Positions 1 through 12,770 of a DNA stretch of 64,000 nt are shown piece after piece. Source of the DNA: Lama guanicoe (taxonomy: Eukaryota); NCBI GenBank assembly GCA_013239625.1, contig MU054323.1, positions 6,995,220 through 7,059,219 of the forward strand. The letters are read 5' to 3'. Position 1 is the stretch's first letter, and each line of letters opens with the position of its first letter. Both the position numbers and the translations under genes were made by a program. Under the pieces are notes generated by a model. It worked only from the letters and a program-made list of their open reading frames with translations, did not search any database and was not told the DNA's origin.

Positions 1-3000
1 CACACGTGTACACACACAGTGTACCTTGGAGCTCTTGAGGTAGCCTGAGGGGGCAGGGAGAGACCCTGGCAGGGAGAGTGGTGTCTGAACCTGGCCCCAC
101 TGGCCCAGCCCTGGGCTCCAGCTTCCTCTCCAGAAAACCCCAGCTGATGATCAAGTGCTGATTTAAAATAATAAACACAAGGACTCTGCTGTGCGTGGCA
201 AAATGTCAGTGAAATAACGTGGGTGAAAGGTGGGACCTAAATTGCATGTGCATGATGATGACAGACTGGAAATGCTCTGTTTACACACAGATAAGGATTG
301 GAAAAGGCCCCAGAGAGATGTGACGGGGGAGGGATTGAGGGGGGACTTTCTGCAAAGCTGTTTATATGTTTAATAATTGGCTACTCTTCCCCATGTGCAG
401 CTGGCCTCCCAGTCCCCTTCTATGCATTTCCTTATTATTCTGGTTCCTACACGATGCCCATCTGCACACTCTTCATGGAGAATGAGCCTTCTGTCCCACC
501 CTGGGCTGGGGGCAGAGTGCAGGGCCAACAGGCCAAGAACTGGGCTGGCGCTGTCCCCTCCCACCCTGTGTCCCACACACACTTCGGCTGCCTAGGCTGC
601 TCAGAGCCTCTGGCTGCTGCCTCCCTGCCTCCCCACCCAGCTCCCGTTCCCCTTCACCCCCTCATTTCTCATGTACTCCTGGCCATGTTCCCACCAGGAA
701 CATTCTGTCACAGGCTTCTCCCCTCCTTGCGTCCAATTCCCAGGGGGAAAGAGAGGGTGCTTCCTATGATATTTTAGGGCCTCCCACTTCTTGGCATGGT
801 TCTTCAACAAGGCTCAGCAAAGACATCTTGGGGCAGCCAGAGAAGCAAGGAGGAGGCCCAGATGCCAGGTTCCAGAGAAAAAGGCTTTCTGGGAAGTCCC
901 CTGCCCCTCACACCCACCAGTGTGTGTCCCACCTTCTCCCTCACCGGTGACCCCTCCCCAATTATCCAGCCCCTCTCCCTCTCATCCTCCCCGAGCCTCA
1001 GTATCCTCATCTGTAAAATGGAGCCAGTAACACCCAGGATTAATTGAGACGACTTGTACAGAACCTTAGCTTCAGCCTAGACAGGGCATCTGAAGGCTTG
1101 CCTCCCTCACGCCCTCCCCGCTGCAGCTCCCTTTAGTCCTTTGGAGCTGAATGTTCATTCACTGGGCGAATGAATTGCTATGTAACTTGCAGGTGTGAAA
1201 GGAATCACACATCCATGGGTCTATCGTGTTCTAATTTGTGAATAAAAGTCTTAAGAAGCTATTAATTCCATGAGAGAGTTCTGCTCCCAAATAGCCTTTC
1301 TGCTATAAAACATTTCTCAGGGGCTCCTCGCCACTAACTTGGCACAGCATCCTGAGTCTATCAGAAGCTAACAGGTGTATGAGGGCGCATGTCAGGGTCT
1401 TGGGAGCAGCCACTGGCCACAGGAACATGCCCTGTCTCCACTATATTTTCTCCCCACCCAGCAGCAGCTGCCTGGTCCTGCCTTCGACCCCCTCATGGGG
1501 CAGCCTTGGGCAGTAAAAGGCAAGTTGTGCCAGGACCCAGACAAGGAGAGGGATGTGGGGAAAGCCTGCCAGCGGCAGCTTGCTCCCCTGATCCCCAGCC
1601 CTAGCCCTGCCCTCCTCCACTGCAGCCTCTGACGTCAGTCTGACCCCCTTTACTCCCAGACCCCACAGGCCGCGAGGCCCATAGCTGTTGCTCAGTAATA
1701 GTCACTCACCCACTCACTAATAAATGAAGCCTCAACAGCACCTCTTTCCCACAGCCCATCCCATGGCCCCGACTCCACTTGATCTTCCTGTCGGAACCCT
1801 GACCCGCATAATCCCCGTGAGAAGAGCTGAGGCAGGCTGCACTGCTTACCTCTGACACTTCAGGCTACCCTGGGGCCCCTGTGTCTTTCTGTCTTTCCCC
1901 TACAGAGCCAAGTACCGGTCTGGAGGGATGAGGGGTGCAGATGAGGAAGTACAGGCTTTGGAAATGCTTCTTCAGTGCTGCCAGTGACCGCAGCAACTAA
2001 GGCACTCCCAGCCCCCTGGAAATCCAGTGTCTGCTTCTAACCGTGAAACTGGGCTCATCCCCCACCAACCCAGGAGGGAGGCCCTGGCTAGAGCCAACAG
2101 GTGCTAGGAGAAGAGAAAGGAAAAGGGAGTCTATGGGCAGGAGATAGCAAAGCAAGGAGGTGTCGGGCGCTGGAGAAGGTTCCTGATGCTACTGTGATGG
2201 TCGGGGGAGGAGGAGTCTGGCCACCTGGTTCTCACATCCCTGTCCTCCAGCCCCTGCCCTCTCCTTTCCTTGATGGCACCTTATCCCGGGAGGTAAAAGG
2301 CAGGTAACCAAGTTTCATTCCATGGCTTGGAAGGTGTCCAGGTGCTCCCCCCACAGCAACGAGGGGCCACAGGACGCTCGGGGTTCCACTGTCTTCTGAG
2401 AGGCCAAACGCAGGGACCACTGTGACCTAAGACTGTGGTGCGTGGGCCTGGGAATCCAGGCACCTTTTAAAAAGTCACATTAGTCCCCAAAACAAGTGAC
2501 TCAGAAACTTCTGGAACATAGCCCACTGAAAGCTAGGACCTCCTGCTTTCTATCTCAGGCTCTGGAACAGACCTTGGGCACCACCTCCCCTTCCCCGTCT
2601 ATTCCCAAAGCTTCATCCAAGGCCCTGCTTCCATGTCAAGATCATGATCTCCTGGGATGCTAATACTGCTATTCTTGATTTACTTGTTTTCCTATCTTTT
2701 TTTTTCCCCGTTTCCTATTTTTTTGAGCTTTTGTTCCTTAGCAGTGTCCAAAGGACACCAGCAATCAAGGGGTCAGCCTCTGGGCTCTAATGGGGAGAAT
2801 TTCTGATTTGCTCCCTTCGTAGACAGTGAAGCATATAGGAAACTCACATCGTCCAGGGACCCTGGCAGAGAGGAAAGTGACTGCTCAGCGAAAGGTAAGG
2901 GTTCAGAGTTTGAGCCCAGGCCCCAGAGGCTGCCATGCCCACCTATCTGCCACCAGGCTGGACTCTCCACTGATTCCCAATAGAAATGCCTCTTGCCATT

Positions 3001-4453
3001 CTCACTCCGACAGCTTCCAGCAGGGCTCTCTGCGGGCAGAGGCACAACCTGAAGTTCACTAACCCGGAAGTCATGAGAGGAATGGCAGGCTGCCACCTTT
3101 CACGGACAGCGCACTGGGAGGAAAGGGGACCTTCTGGTGCACCGCATGAATCCATGTGCACCAGGGCTGGGATCCTGCAGAATCAAGGCCCAAAGCTTCT
3201 CAAAAGGGCACACTGCACGACTCAGAGCGGGAAAACAGGAAGAATCTTGGTCCAAGAACCAGGAAAAAGTTACAACAGAGGAAAAACCTGTTTTTTCCTC
3301 TAACCAAGTGGGAGGCAATGGGACAGCCCCACTGGGTTCTTGCATCACCGCTGTGCCCCTGGAGACCCAGCCCCCAATCCCAGGAGACTGATGTAGTGGA
3401 GAGCACCGGAATGGAATGAAGCAATGGATGCTCCAGCCACATGACTGTCATAACTAGCTGTGTGGCCTTAGGGAGGTCACTCTTCATCTCTGTGCTCGTA
3501 TAGAAAATGAGATAGCAGGCAGGACGCACAACTGTGGAATTCAGCGACTCTAAGCCCTGTGGAGCTCCCCAGCACCCCAAGATAGGTTACCAAATAATAA
3601 GCTCAGAAGACCAGGAATCACATCTCCCCATCTCTGCAGCCCCTCAGCACCTACCTGGGTCTTGGCACCTGGCAGGAGCACAAGACTATTAGTTAAGCTG
3701 AGGCCAAAATTCCGCCCCCTCCAACAGAAAACATCCCCCAGAACTAGCAGACCCTCCTCATTGTGGCCGGCACCACTCTCTCCATTTGCGCCCCCACACC
3801 ACGCCTTCGGTGGGGAGATTGCCACTCTCCACCTCACCTGACTGCTCGGGCACCCCGAGCTCCCAGTGGCAGAAGTGCCATCTATGACAAACACACCTTC
3901 CCTCCCTACAGTCCTTCATGTCTCCTTGTGCGCGTCATCCACAGCCTTTGATCTTGGTAACAACCACTTCAGGCAGGTAGACACTATCCCCGTTCAACAG
4001 AGGGGCACTGAGTCCACGCAGTCAGTGCCTTGCCAAAGCTAGTCGATGACAGGCTAGAGACCGGAAGCCAAGGGAGCCCTCCTTGCCCACCAGAGGTCTT
4101 CCTGGCAGAGGTCAAGGACAGGGAATAGCCAGGACAAGGCTGCCTCGCTGGAGACCAGGCCCAGCAGGGCCTTCCTGCCACCCACCCAGGCTAGGCACGA
4201 GTGACAGAGTGGCCCTGAGGACCAATGTCTGGACATCCTCTGATCCCTAGGGCCAAGCACAGACAAGCTGTATTGCAAAGCCAAGGGTCGAAGGAGAGGT
4301 ACAAGTAGCTGAGAGCCCCAGAGCTCCCCCCAGCACACATTCTGATTCAAGGGCAAAGAAAACACCACCACCCCAACTGTCTAAACAGGTGCCACCTCGA
4401 CTGAGAGCTGCTGGGAAGGGAAGCCACTGGGTGGGAAGGCAGGCGGGACTCAC

Positions 4454-5128
4454 CTCCCTCAGCAACCGCATCCCCTTCAGCCCATCCTGCTGCTGCTGGG
4501 CCACGGTGACCCCCAAGACGAGGGTGTGCACGACACAGGAGACCACAGAGATGATGACGATGGGGCTGAGGCTAAGGGGCAACGTGATGAAGAAGGAGAA
4601 GACAAAGAAGGCCTGCCAGCCCACCGTGTCGCTGGCAGCGTGGGCGCGGGAGAAGTTCAGGCCCAGGTAGGAGAAGATCTGGGCTGTTATCAGCAGCCAC
4701 AGCAGGTAGGGGACCACCTTCCGGGTGACCCTGTTGGGGAGTAGTCCCTTTTTGCAGAGCACGAAGAGGATGATGTCCAACACCAGCCCAACACTGGCCA
4801 CGGCCAGAGGAGCCAGCTTGTCGCTGGAGAAGACCACCGCGCACATGACCACCACGTAGCAGTCGAAGAGGGCCGCAAAGACCACCAGCACCAGCAGCGT
4901 CTCATGGCGCTGCCTTTTGAAGTAGGTCTGGTACAGGTTCTCCAAGGACTCGGGCACGAAGGTCAGGCGCATGAAGCGGGGCAGGCAGAGGCAGGATCCC
5001 GAGTTCCGGACAGAGATTTCATGGGTCCGGCCCACCCCTCGGTCAGCGTCAGAGGGCAGACTGACGGAGTACTCGGCGGAGTACTCTGCCGAGTACTCGG
5101 GATCAGAGAAGCCCTGGGTCCTTGGCAT
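4454..5128 (-). CDS. ADCY3: Adenylate cyclase 3, first coding exon (aa 1-225: N-terminus and most of the first transmembrane cluster); the gene continues off the left edge
   Basis: Translation [27 protein letters not shown]...[23 protein letters not shown]...KGMRLLRE is recognisable as AC3. 675 nt, ending at a phase-0 donor GAG|GTGAGT (intron starts 4453). The ORF track's extension to 4247 is intron read-through. Confidence 0.97.
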
Positions 5129-5659
5129 CCTGGCTGCCGTGTCTGCTTCTACTGGCTCTGGGGAACTGGATGGGGAACACAGGAGGGGCTCTGGAACGGG
5201 GAAAGGCTAAGGGCCAACCACGTCGGGCAGGAACGCAGAGCCGGTGTCTGGGGCACAGGTAACGCTGATCATCTGGAACTTAAAAGGATATGACTAAGTA
5301 GAAGCACCTCTTCCTTCCTACCTGTGCTTTCCCCACCACCCACCCTAGCCCTCCTAAAAGAATCCCTGCTGCAGAGGCTCCAGAACCAGGGCCTTTCCCC
5401 GAGCCACCCCCACGCCACCACCCGACCACAGGCACACTTAGTCCTGTCCACCCAAACACTCCGTTTCCTGTCTCTGGCTTGTGGACGGGCCTGGCCACCT
5501 CTCCATCCGACGCACCCCTGGTCTCCCTCACTCCCTGACTTCCTCACCTAAATCTCCTCCAGGCCCAAGCTTTAAAAGGTGAAGATAAAACATGCTAGAA
5601 AGAAACCAGAGCCATCCTGGGGGTTTCTGAATCTTCCTATGTTTACTTCCTTTCCCATC

Positions 5660-6860
5660 CAGCCCGTGGCGACTCGGGCTCCCCACCTCGGGGCACTGTA
5701 TGCCCTCCGGAAGGCCGGCCCTGCCCCTGCGTTTACCTGTGTGGGAACTCGGGAGTCGCGTGGTCCTGGTCGGTACCTACGCCGGCTTCGGGGCCGGGTC
5801 ACGGGTGCGGCTTGGGGGACAGGAGGGCTCAGCGCGCCCGGGGGGCTGCTTCCCGCGGAGCCCCGCCGTTCTGGCAGTGCCACGGTCCCCGGCCCCCGGC
5901 CCGGGCGCGACTCTCCCGCCGTCAGCCAGGGAATCCAGCCGGCAGAGGCTCAGGGCTGCCCCTCAGCATCCACAGGCGCCCAGCCGCCGGAGGAAGGAGG
6001 AGGCGGCGACGAAGGCTGGAAAATTCGGGGGCGTCCGCCGCTAGGGCTGCGGCTCGCGGGGCCGGCGTGCGCGGCCGGCCCCCTCCCTCTGGTCCCGCAG
6101 TGGTCGCGGCGGCGGCGGCGCGGCTAGGGGCGCATCCGGGGCCCTCGCCGGCGGGAGCGCGGGCCGAGGCCAGGGAAGCCCGCCAGCATCCTCTGGCCCG
6201 CCCGCGCGCCGAGCGGAGCCAGCCGAGTCGGGGCGCGGCGCGCTGCACAGTGAGTCCCCGCGCGGCGCTGGCGGCTCCGGGGCCACGCGCGCTCCAGGCC
6301 CCGAGAGGCGGGCGGCGCCCCTCCCTCCCCGCAGTCGCCGCCCTCTCGGCGAGCGCGTCCGGAGTTGGAGGGGTGCGGGGGTGAGGCGCCCCGCTCCAGA
6401 CCCGGCTCGGCGAGGGGAAGGAGGAGAAGGGCCAGTAGGAGCGCGGGGGCGAGAGTTGGAGGGGCCCCAGCGGCCCCACGCTCCGGCACCGGGCGGCGAG
6501 CTGGCGGCTACTGCTGCGTGGAAGCTCGGGTGGGCGGCGGCAGGAAGGATGGGCGAATCAGCGCCTTCCCCGCGCAGGCCCCGTCTCGGAAGATAAAAGC
6601 CCGGGACGTGCCCTCCCGCAGGTGAGGCGCGCTCGGGGCATCCCTAGCGCCCCCTCCTCTGCCGCGGCTTCCTTCCGGGCTTGGAGAGGCGGGGGCTGAG
6701 GTTTGGGGACGGCTGCCCCGCCGGGCGCGCCCGGCCTGTGTCTCCGCCCACCCTGGCAGCCCAAACGCCAGAGCACGGGGCCTGAGCTTTCCGCAGAAGG
6801 GCCCGCAGCTGAGCCTGGTTCTTGAAGGAAGCGGGTAGGTGTGGCCCAGTAGGCACGTGG
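5660..6860 (-). promoter_or_regulatory. ADCY3: CpG island: ADCY3 promoter and probable non-coding first exon
   Basis: Very GC- and CpG-dense stretch just upstream of the ADCY3 ATG exon. A candidate minus-strand donor CAG|GTAAAC lies at 5737/5736. The TSS and exon boundaries cannot be fixed from sequence alone. Confidence 0.85.
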
Positions 6861-9800
6861 AATTGGGAGAGACCCTACTTCAAAAAGATCTCTTGTGCAC
6901 ATTCCACCTGTTTGAGACGTTTTTGAATTAACAAGCTGTTAAAAACTCAAATGTTCCTTTCAGTGGTTAAGTTGTCAGTCTCTTACACCATAGTATAAAC
7001 TACTTTCCTTGGATTTGACAACATCTTGCCAAGATCAACCACAGGCTGTAGGAATTTAGATGAAAGGAGAGGAGGGAGATAGGTTGTTTTGAAAAAAAAA
7101 ATAAGTATATGGGGAGAAACAGTTGCTGAGGATAGCCAGCAGCATTAGAGGGTGCCCTCCCTGGGGTGAACTGAAGAAGTAAGTCAGAGAAGAGAGAAAC
7201 TCAGCCATCCAAGCCCTGGATGAAGATGCCTCTTTGAGCTCCTGAGATTATCCACGAGTGACCTTTCTAGAACCTCAGGCGTCAGCTCACATCCCACAGG
7301 GACTAGATTCATCAGATAATTGATCCCATCACAGCTGTTTCTGTCAGTCCCTCACACTAATTCTGTAAACCTGCCGACCTCAGCCCGAACTTGTTAGGGC
7401 TTTGCTTCCAAAGGTGAGGAAATAACATCAGATTTAGGCAGAGGGTAATTTGAATAGAGCAGAGTTTTCCCCCATTATTTTAATTTGTTTGAAATCCAAA
7501 TATCTATTTTGAATTGTTACACAATGTTAAAGGAGGCATGATTTTTTTTTTTTACTTAACGAAGGAACATGTGTTAATTAAAGGGGAAAAAGCTGATAAA
7601 TGCTATTTGGGGATGCTTGGCCACAAGGGACACCCACATGGTGCCCTCTGTGAGTCTCTCGGCCTTTCCTGGCACACATGCCCACCCTTGGAGTTCTGTG
7701 GGGATTCCTGCTCTGCAAGGCCATGCCCAGCTCCTGGGTCCTGTGGGTTTCCTCCCGGGCCTCCTGCCACCTCCCATGCCCCAGCCTCTCCTGCCCATGC
7801 ACCCTGTGAAGGGAGAGGGTTCCTCACAGAGACACCCCTGGTAAAAAACCCCAGTCTCCTGCCCCTCCTGCCCTGACTGCAGACCTCACTGCTCCACTCC
7901 CTGCCCCTCACAACCCTCCTCTCTTGGCTGTGGGCACCTGCTCAGCAAATCTGTGCTGAGAGCACACAGGATGCCCAGCTGGGCCAGGCATCAGGAAAGA
8001 CCAGAAATACCACCCCACCTGCCCCTGCCCTCAGGATGCCTGCCATCTCTGCCAGGGCACCACATCGACCAACAAGACAGACCCTTAGCTGAGCACAGGT
8101 GACCTGAAACATGACCAGAGGGGAAGATCTGGCTGGCCAGAGCTACTGCAAAGGCTCAGCAGCAGGACAGTACCCACAGCACAGCCCTATTCCTGCTCTG
8201 CATTCTGGGTTATGCATGCAGCCCTTCCCTGTGGATGCAGGGAACCCAGCAGGACAGCTGCAGCCCCTCATTGGGGCTCCGTGGGAGCCAGAGGCAACTG
8301 AGTGAATACTGCAGAGCAGAAGAGGAGATCAGGGAAAACGCAACTCATCAGAGACAGGCCACAAGAGCCTCATCTGTCTCCCTCACAACTGCTTCTCCAG
8401 TACCTGGCACCTAGTAGGTGCAACCTACAGGATGAGGCAGCCATTGAATGGATGGTTTCCTTAAGAAGAAATGGTACTTTATAAGTGCAGCTGGCTGTCC
8501 CCGAGGGGACCAACAGACCTCATTCATTGACCCTGAACACATCCTGGTGCAGGGGCAACTAGCAATAATCATACTCAAGTGAAAAGGCAGAAGCTCAGGT
8601 TCTAAGCTACGCATTTTGCATTGTAATCTGGACAACTGGCATGCATTGCTTTTGCAATGAAAAGATACAGTAAATCTATCTTTAAAACATATACGCACAC
8701 ACACATGCACACACCCACACAACCCAAGACCATGAATGGCTGTGTGGGTGTCTTGCCTATGACATGTGTCCTAATGTGAAGACGGAATCTTGGGTGTGGG
8801 TAAAAGCTTGCAGTGCGTCTCGGCCCCCACCCTATCCCAGGATCCACTTGGACAGGATACCTGTTTGCGGAAGGCACCTTTTGTTTGTATGGTTTGAGAC
8901 TAGAGATGATTGCTGAGAATTGTTATTGGATAAACAAGAGTGCTTTGGCCCCTCTGGGAAATGTGGTGGCTCCTGAATCCAGCAAACAATAGATCAGAGC
9001 AGAAGCCTGGTGTCCTGGGGAAAGAGAAGTAGGAGGAGAGAAGACCCGCAGCTCCCCTGGTGCTGGGCCCCAGGAGAGCCCTGTCTGGGGCCTTAGCTGG
9101 AAGCAGAGCCCGAGATGGGCCCTGCATGTGGTTTAATTGGGAGAGTGAGTCCCAGGGAAAGAAGGTGGGAAAGCTGGTAAATACAGGGGTGTGTGCCAAG
9201 TGATCACTGTCATGGGAGCCATGCAGGAGACCCCTCAGCATGATTTGCTGCGTAGCTGGAAGGAGGGAGTTGTCACCCATCTGCTTCCCTCCCGCATTGG
9301 ATAGGGTCACCTGTTGGTGGATTTACTCTCAAGTACTTCCAGGTATGTGCGAGCCTCAGGGAGGCTGAGCGGTGGGTGCCAGGGCAGGAAACAGGGCACT
9401 CGTGCAGAGAGGCAAGGTGCCTGCCGGGTGTACCCACAACAATGATGGAGTAGATGGATGGGGCAAGAGGGTGCCTGGCATAGGGCCCAGACCCCTCATC
9501 AGCTCCTGCCAGCTCAGAGGTTCAGTGCCTTCACCTGGAGGACAGGCCCTGAGGCGTCAGAGAGCTCAGCCTTGGGCACTGGCCTTGATGCTACGGGGGA
9601 CCTCAGACAAATGACCACCTTCCCAGGCCTCAGTGTCCTTGTGGTGCAATGACACAGACAGACCCCTCGAGGGGGTCACTGGGAGGAAGAAGGGCTAATG
9701 GGCAGCAGAATGGCTGGCAAATCTGCATGGAACAAGTCAGAGGGAAGTTACCGTCCGTCTCTGGGCGGGGTCGCCCAGCGGCTCCTGCACTGCTTTTCCA

Positions 9801-10579
9801 GTGTGACCTGCTCAGGGCCTGGCCAGGCCACCATTTGGCGCTCCCCGTGGTTACACCTGGGTCCCTCCTTTGATTCCACTGCAGTTTTTCTCTCTGACGG
9901 CATTGGCCTGAATGCCACTTCTTTTTCTCTCTCTGCCCTTCTCTGGGTCTCTGATGCTTCTGCCTCAATGTGAGGGTCTCCCTGGCTTGGCCTCTGCCTC
10001 TGGGTCACTCGCTGGACCTCTGTGGGTGTGTACAAGTGTGTGAGTGTGTGTGTGAGAGCGTTTTGTGCTAAAGGGTGACAGGGAGTGTGGGAGTTACACG
10101 TGTGAGATGAGTGTGAGTGAGCATGTGTGAGATGATGGATGAGTGTGATGGGTGAGCATGAGCACGTGCACCCGCTTCCCGCACAGCCGTGCCACCCTGT
10201 CCTAGCAGGTCGGTTCCAGCCTCACCTTCTTCTCCCGTGTCTGACAGCCACGATGCCCTGCTCATGGGCCTGTCTGAGACCCCTGGTCAGGGAGAGGGAA
10301 GTGGAGCTGGGAGAGCACACTGAGGACCACATCCCCACGCTGGCTTCCCTGGGCTGGGGGTGTTTGTGGTTCTGCCCCATCCTGAGTGTGAGCATCTCCT
10401 CAGGAGCTGGACCAACTCTCCTGGTCCCTCCCACCCAGCATTTGAAACAGAGCAGTGACTCCATAACCTGCCAGTGAAACAACATCAATTTAATGCTAAC
10501 CATTCAGCCCCTGTCTGCATGGGTCCTGTGCTTCTTGATGGGCAGTGACAGCTGCGGCAGCAGCTCCTGTCTCCTGTGG

Positions 10580-10616
10580 GCTTCTACCTTCAGGGCTTCT
10601 ACCTGAAGGTAGAAGC
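10580..10616. repeat. Perfect 15-bp inverted repeat with a 7-nt spacer
   Basis: GCTTCTACCTTCAGG-gcttcta-CCTGAAGGTAGAAGC. Confidence 0.95.
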
Positions 10617-11560
10617 TTTATGGGGTCCCCATTTTACAGGTGAGGGAGCTGGGGCTCAGAGACAAGAGGTGACTTGCTCCTGAGCACACAGCTAGGAAGT
10701 GGGGAGGGAGGGCTGGAATCCAGGTCTCCTCCAGCAGGATCCTCGGGAAGCTGGCTCAGGTCAGTGCGCTGTGATCCCAGACTCGCGGCCTAATGTATAA
10801 CCGTGGGGACAGCAGAACTGTGGCTGCCTGGATGTCAGAGCCCAAAGAGACTCGAAACATCCTTCTTCTCCAGCCCGGATGGGGAAGTTGAGGCCCAGAC
10901 AGGTTAAGTTGGGGGCGAGTAAGACACATGCCCATGGAGTGTGAGGCAACGTGCGAGTGCTGAGTAATCCCGAGGCCTCTACGGAAATGTCACGTTTCCA
11001 AAAGCGCTCAAGCCCGGGCCCCTCCGGGAAGAGGCAGCAGAGAAATACGTGTTAACGAGCCTCTCCCAGCCTGCTGGGGATTAGAAGGAGAAGAAAAAGA
11101 TTTTGAACAACAAGAGGTAGCTAGAAATGGTCCATTTCCACGGTGCCTCCTCTCCCTCCAGTCCCAGTGCCTGGAGTCCTGGGGGTCAGGCTGGGGCTTA
11201 GAGAAGGGCTGGCTCAGTGCCCTCAGTGCAGATGAAAAACACTAAACCTTCTCAGCAGCTACTCCCCTGCCTTGCACCCCTTCTCGGGACTCAGGAATCA
11301 TCCCTGGCCCTGCTCTTCCTCTCACCTCCCCCAACCCATTCTCTACACCCCAACCAGGGTGATCATTCCAAATCCAGATCTGATCTTGTCCCCATCTTCT
11401 TTAAAAATCTGGTCACTAGCTGTCCCTGCCCCAGGATAAGAGGGCCACCCACCTCCCCACATGCTAGGGGATCAAATAAGATAATACTTGTAAAGTACTC
11501 AGATGTCGCTTTCCTTTGAAGTTTTCCTCAAGGAACATTAGTCATTTTTGCTTGGAGATC

Positions 11561-11735
11561 TGTAGTGGTTGAATGCCTCCCCACCCCTACCCCCACCAAG
11601 AAAACATCCAAATCCCTGGAGCCCATGAATGTGACCTTATTTGGAAAAAGCATCTTTGCAGATGTAATTAAGTTATGGATCTTGAGATGAGCTCATCCTG
11701 GATTACCCAAGTGGACCTAAATCTAATGACAAGCC
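11561..11735 (+). mobile_element. MLT1 (ERVL-MaLR) LTR, 5' fragment
   Basis: TGTAGTGGTTGAATG...TGAATGTGACCTTATTTGGAAAAAG..TCTTTGCAGATGTAATTAAG. Confidence 0.75.
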
Positions 11736-12297
11736 ATCTTGGTCGTTCACAACCCAGGCTCCTGAAGGGTTGGTTCTCTCTACGTCTGCGGGAAGCTGGA
11801 GATGGCCAAGGTCAACACCATCAGTGGGCCTGCTGCTGCCCCTGCTCCCTGACCCCCAGCCATGCCGCGCTCTGAGCACGACCTCATCACTTTGCATATG
11901 CTGTTCCCTCTGCCGAGCTCTTCTTTTCCCTTGTGCACCTGACAAACTATTACTCATTCTTCAAGACCCTCTTCCCCTGTCACCTGCCCTGTGAGATCTT
12001 CTCTGATCTCCAGGCAGGGGTGGCCCCTGGGAACCCTGCTATGGGGACAGTCTGTTCATCTGTCTCACACTCTGGACAGTCCCTCACAGGTGGACAACGT
12101 GTTATTGTCCATCCCCTCACTCTGCTTTATATCTCTTCGTAGCGCTTTCTGCCTGAAATGATGGTGTGTAATCATTTGTTCCTAAGTCTTGTTCCTCTCC
12201 CATAGACCGTGAATTCCACTGGTGCAAGGATCTCGTTTTGTTTTGTTTTTTAAACTGCTGATGTCCCCGTGCATAGCACCAAGAAGGCCCCTAGTAA

Positions 12298-12770
12298 GTG
12301 TAATCCTTTCTATAGCTGCTACAAATTTCATGTCTAACCAGTACATATTTGTTAGCTCACAGTTCTGGAAGTCAGAAGTCCAAAATGGGCTTCACTGGGC
12401 TAAAAACTACAGAGTTAGCAGACCTGCATTTTTTCCTGGAGATTCTAGGGGAGAATCTATATCCTTACCTTTGCCAGCTTCTAGAGGCCACCCACATTCC
12501 TTAGCTCCTGGCTGCCTTCTTCCATCTTCAACGCCAGCAATATTGCATCTCTCACCGTTCTTTCATAGTCATACCTCCCTCTCACCCCAGAGCCAGGAAA
12601 GGTTTTCCAATTTTAGGGATCCGTGTGATTAGATTGGACCTACCTGGATAATCTCCCCATCTCAAGGCCCTTAATCACATTTGCCAAATCCCTTTTCCAT
12701 GTAAGGCATCACAGTCACAGCTTCTGGAGATGAGGATGATGGCAGGCTGGGGGGACAGTGTTCTGCCTGT
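12298..12770 (-). mobile_element. MLT1 (ERVL-MaLR) solo LTR
   Basis: CTCACAGTTCTGGAAGTCAGAAGTCCAAAAT...CTTCTAGAGGCCACCCACATTCCTT...GGATAATCTCCCCATCTCAAG. Confidence 0.8.

Noticed and set aside
298..4200. Assorted 60-160 aa ORFs within the ADCY3 intron
   Set aside because: Mostly non-ATG starts, low-complexity translations, and no exon structure or recognisable homology
4247..4453. C-terminal 68 aa of the 293-aa ORF ([10 protein letters not shown]...)
   Set aside because: Intron read-through past a consensus GTGAGT donor; AC3 similarity ends at LLRE
5572..6902. Multiple overlapping 70-190 aa Arg/Pro/Gly/Ala-rich ORFs on both strands
   Set aside because: Expected from stop-codon scarcity in a CpG island; no recognisable domain
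735..12035. Several EBF/Olf-1-like TCCCNNGGG motifs around ADCY3 (e.g. ~737, ~4244, ~12023)
   Set aside because: All are imperfect, and such motifs are frequent by chance in GC-rich DNA; none can be singled out without conservation or ChIP data
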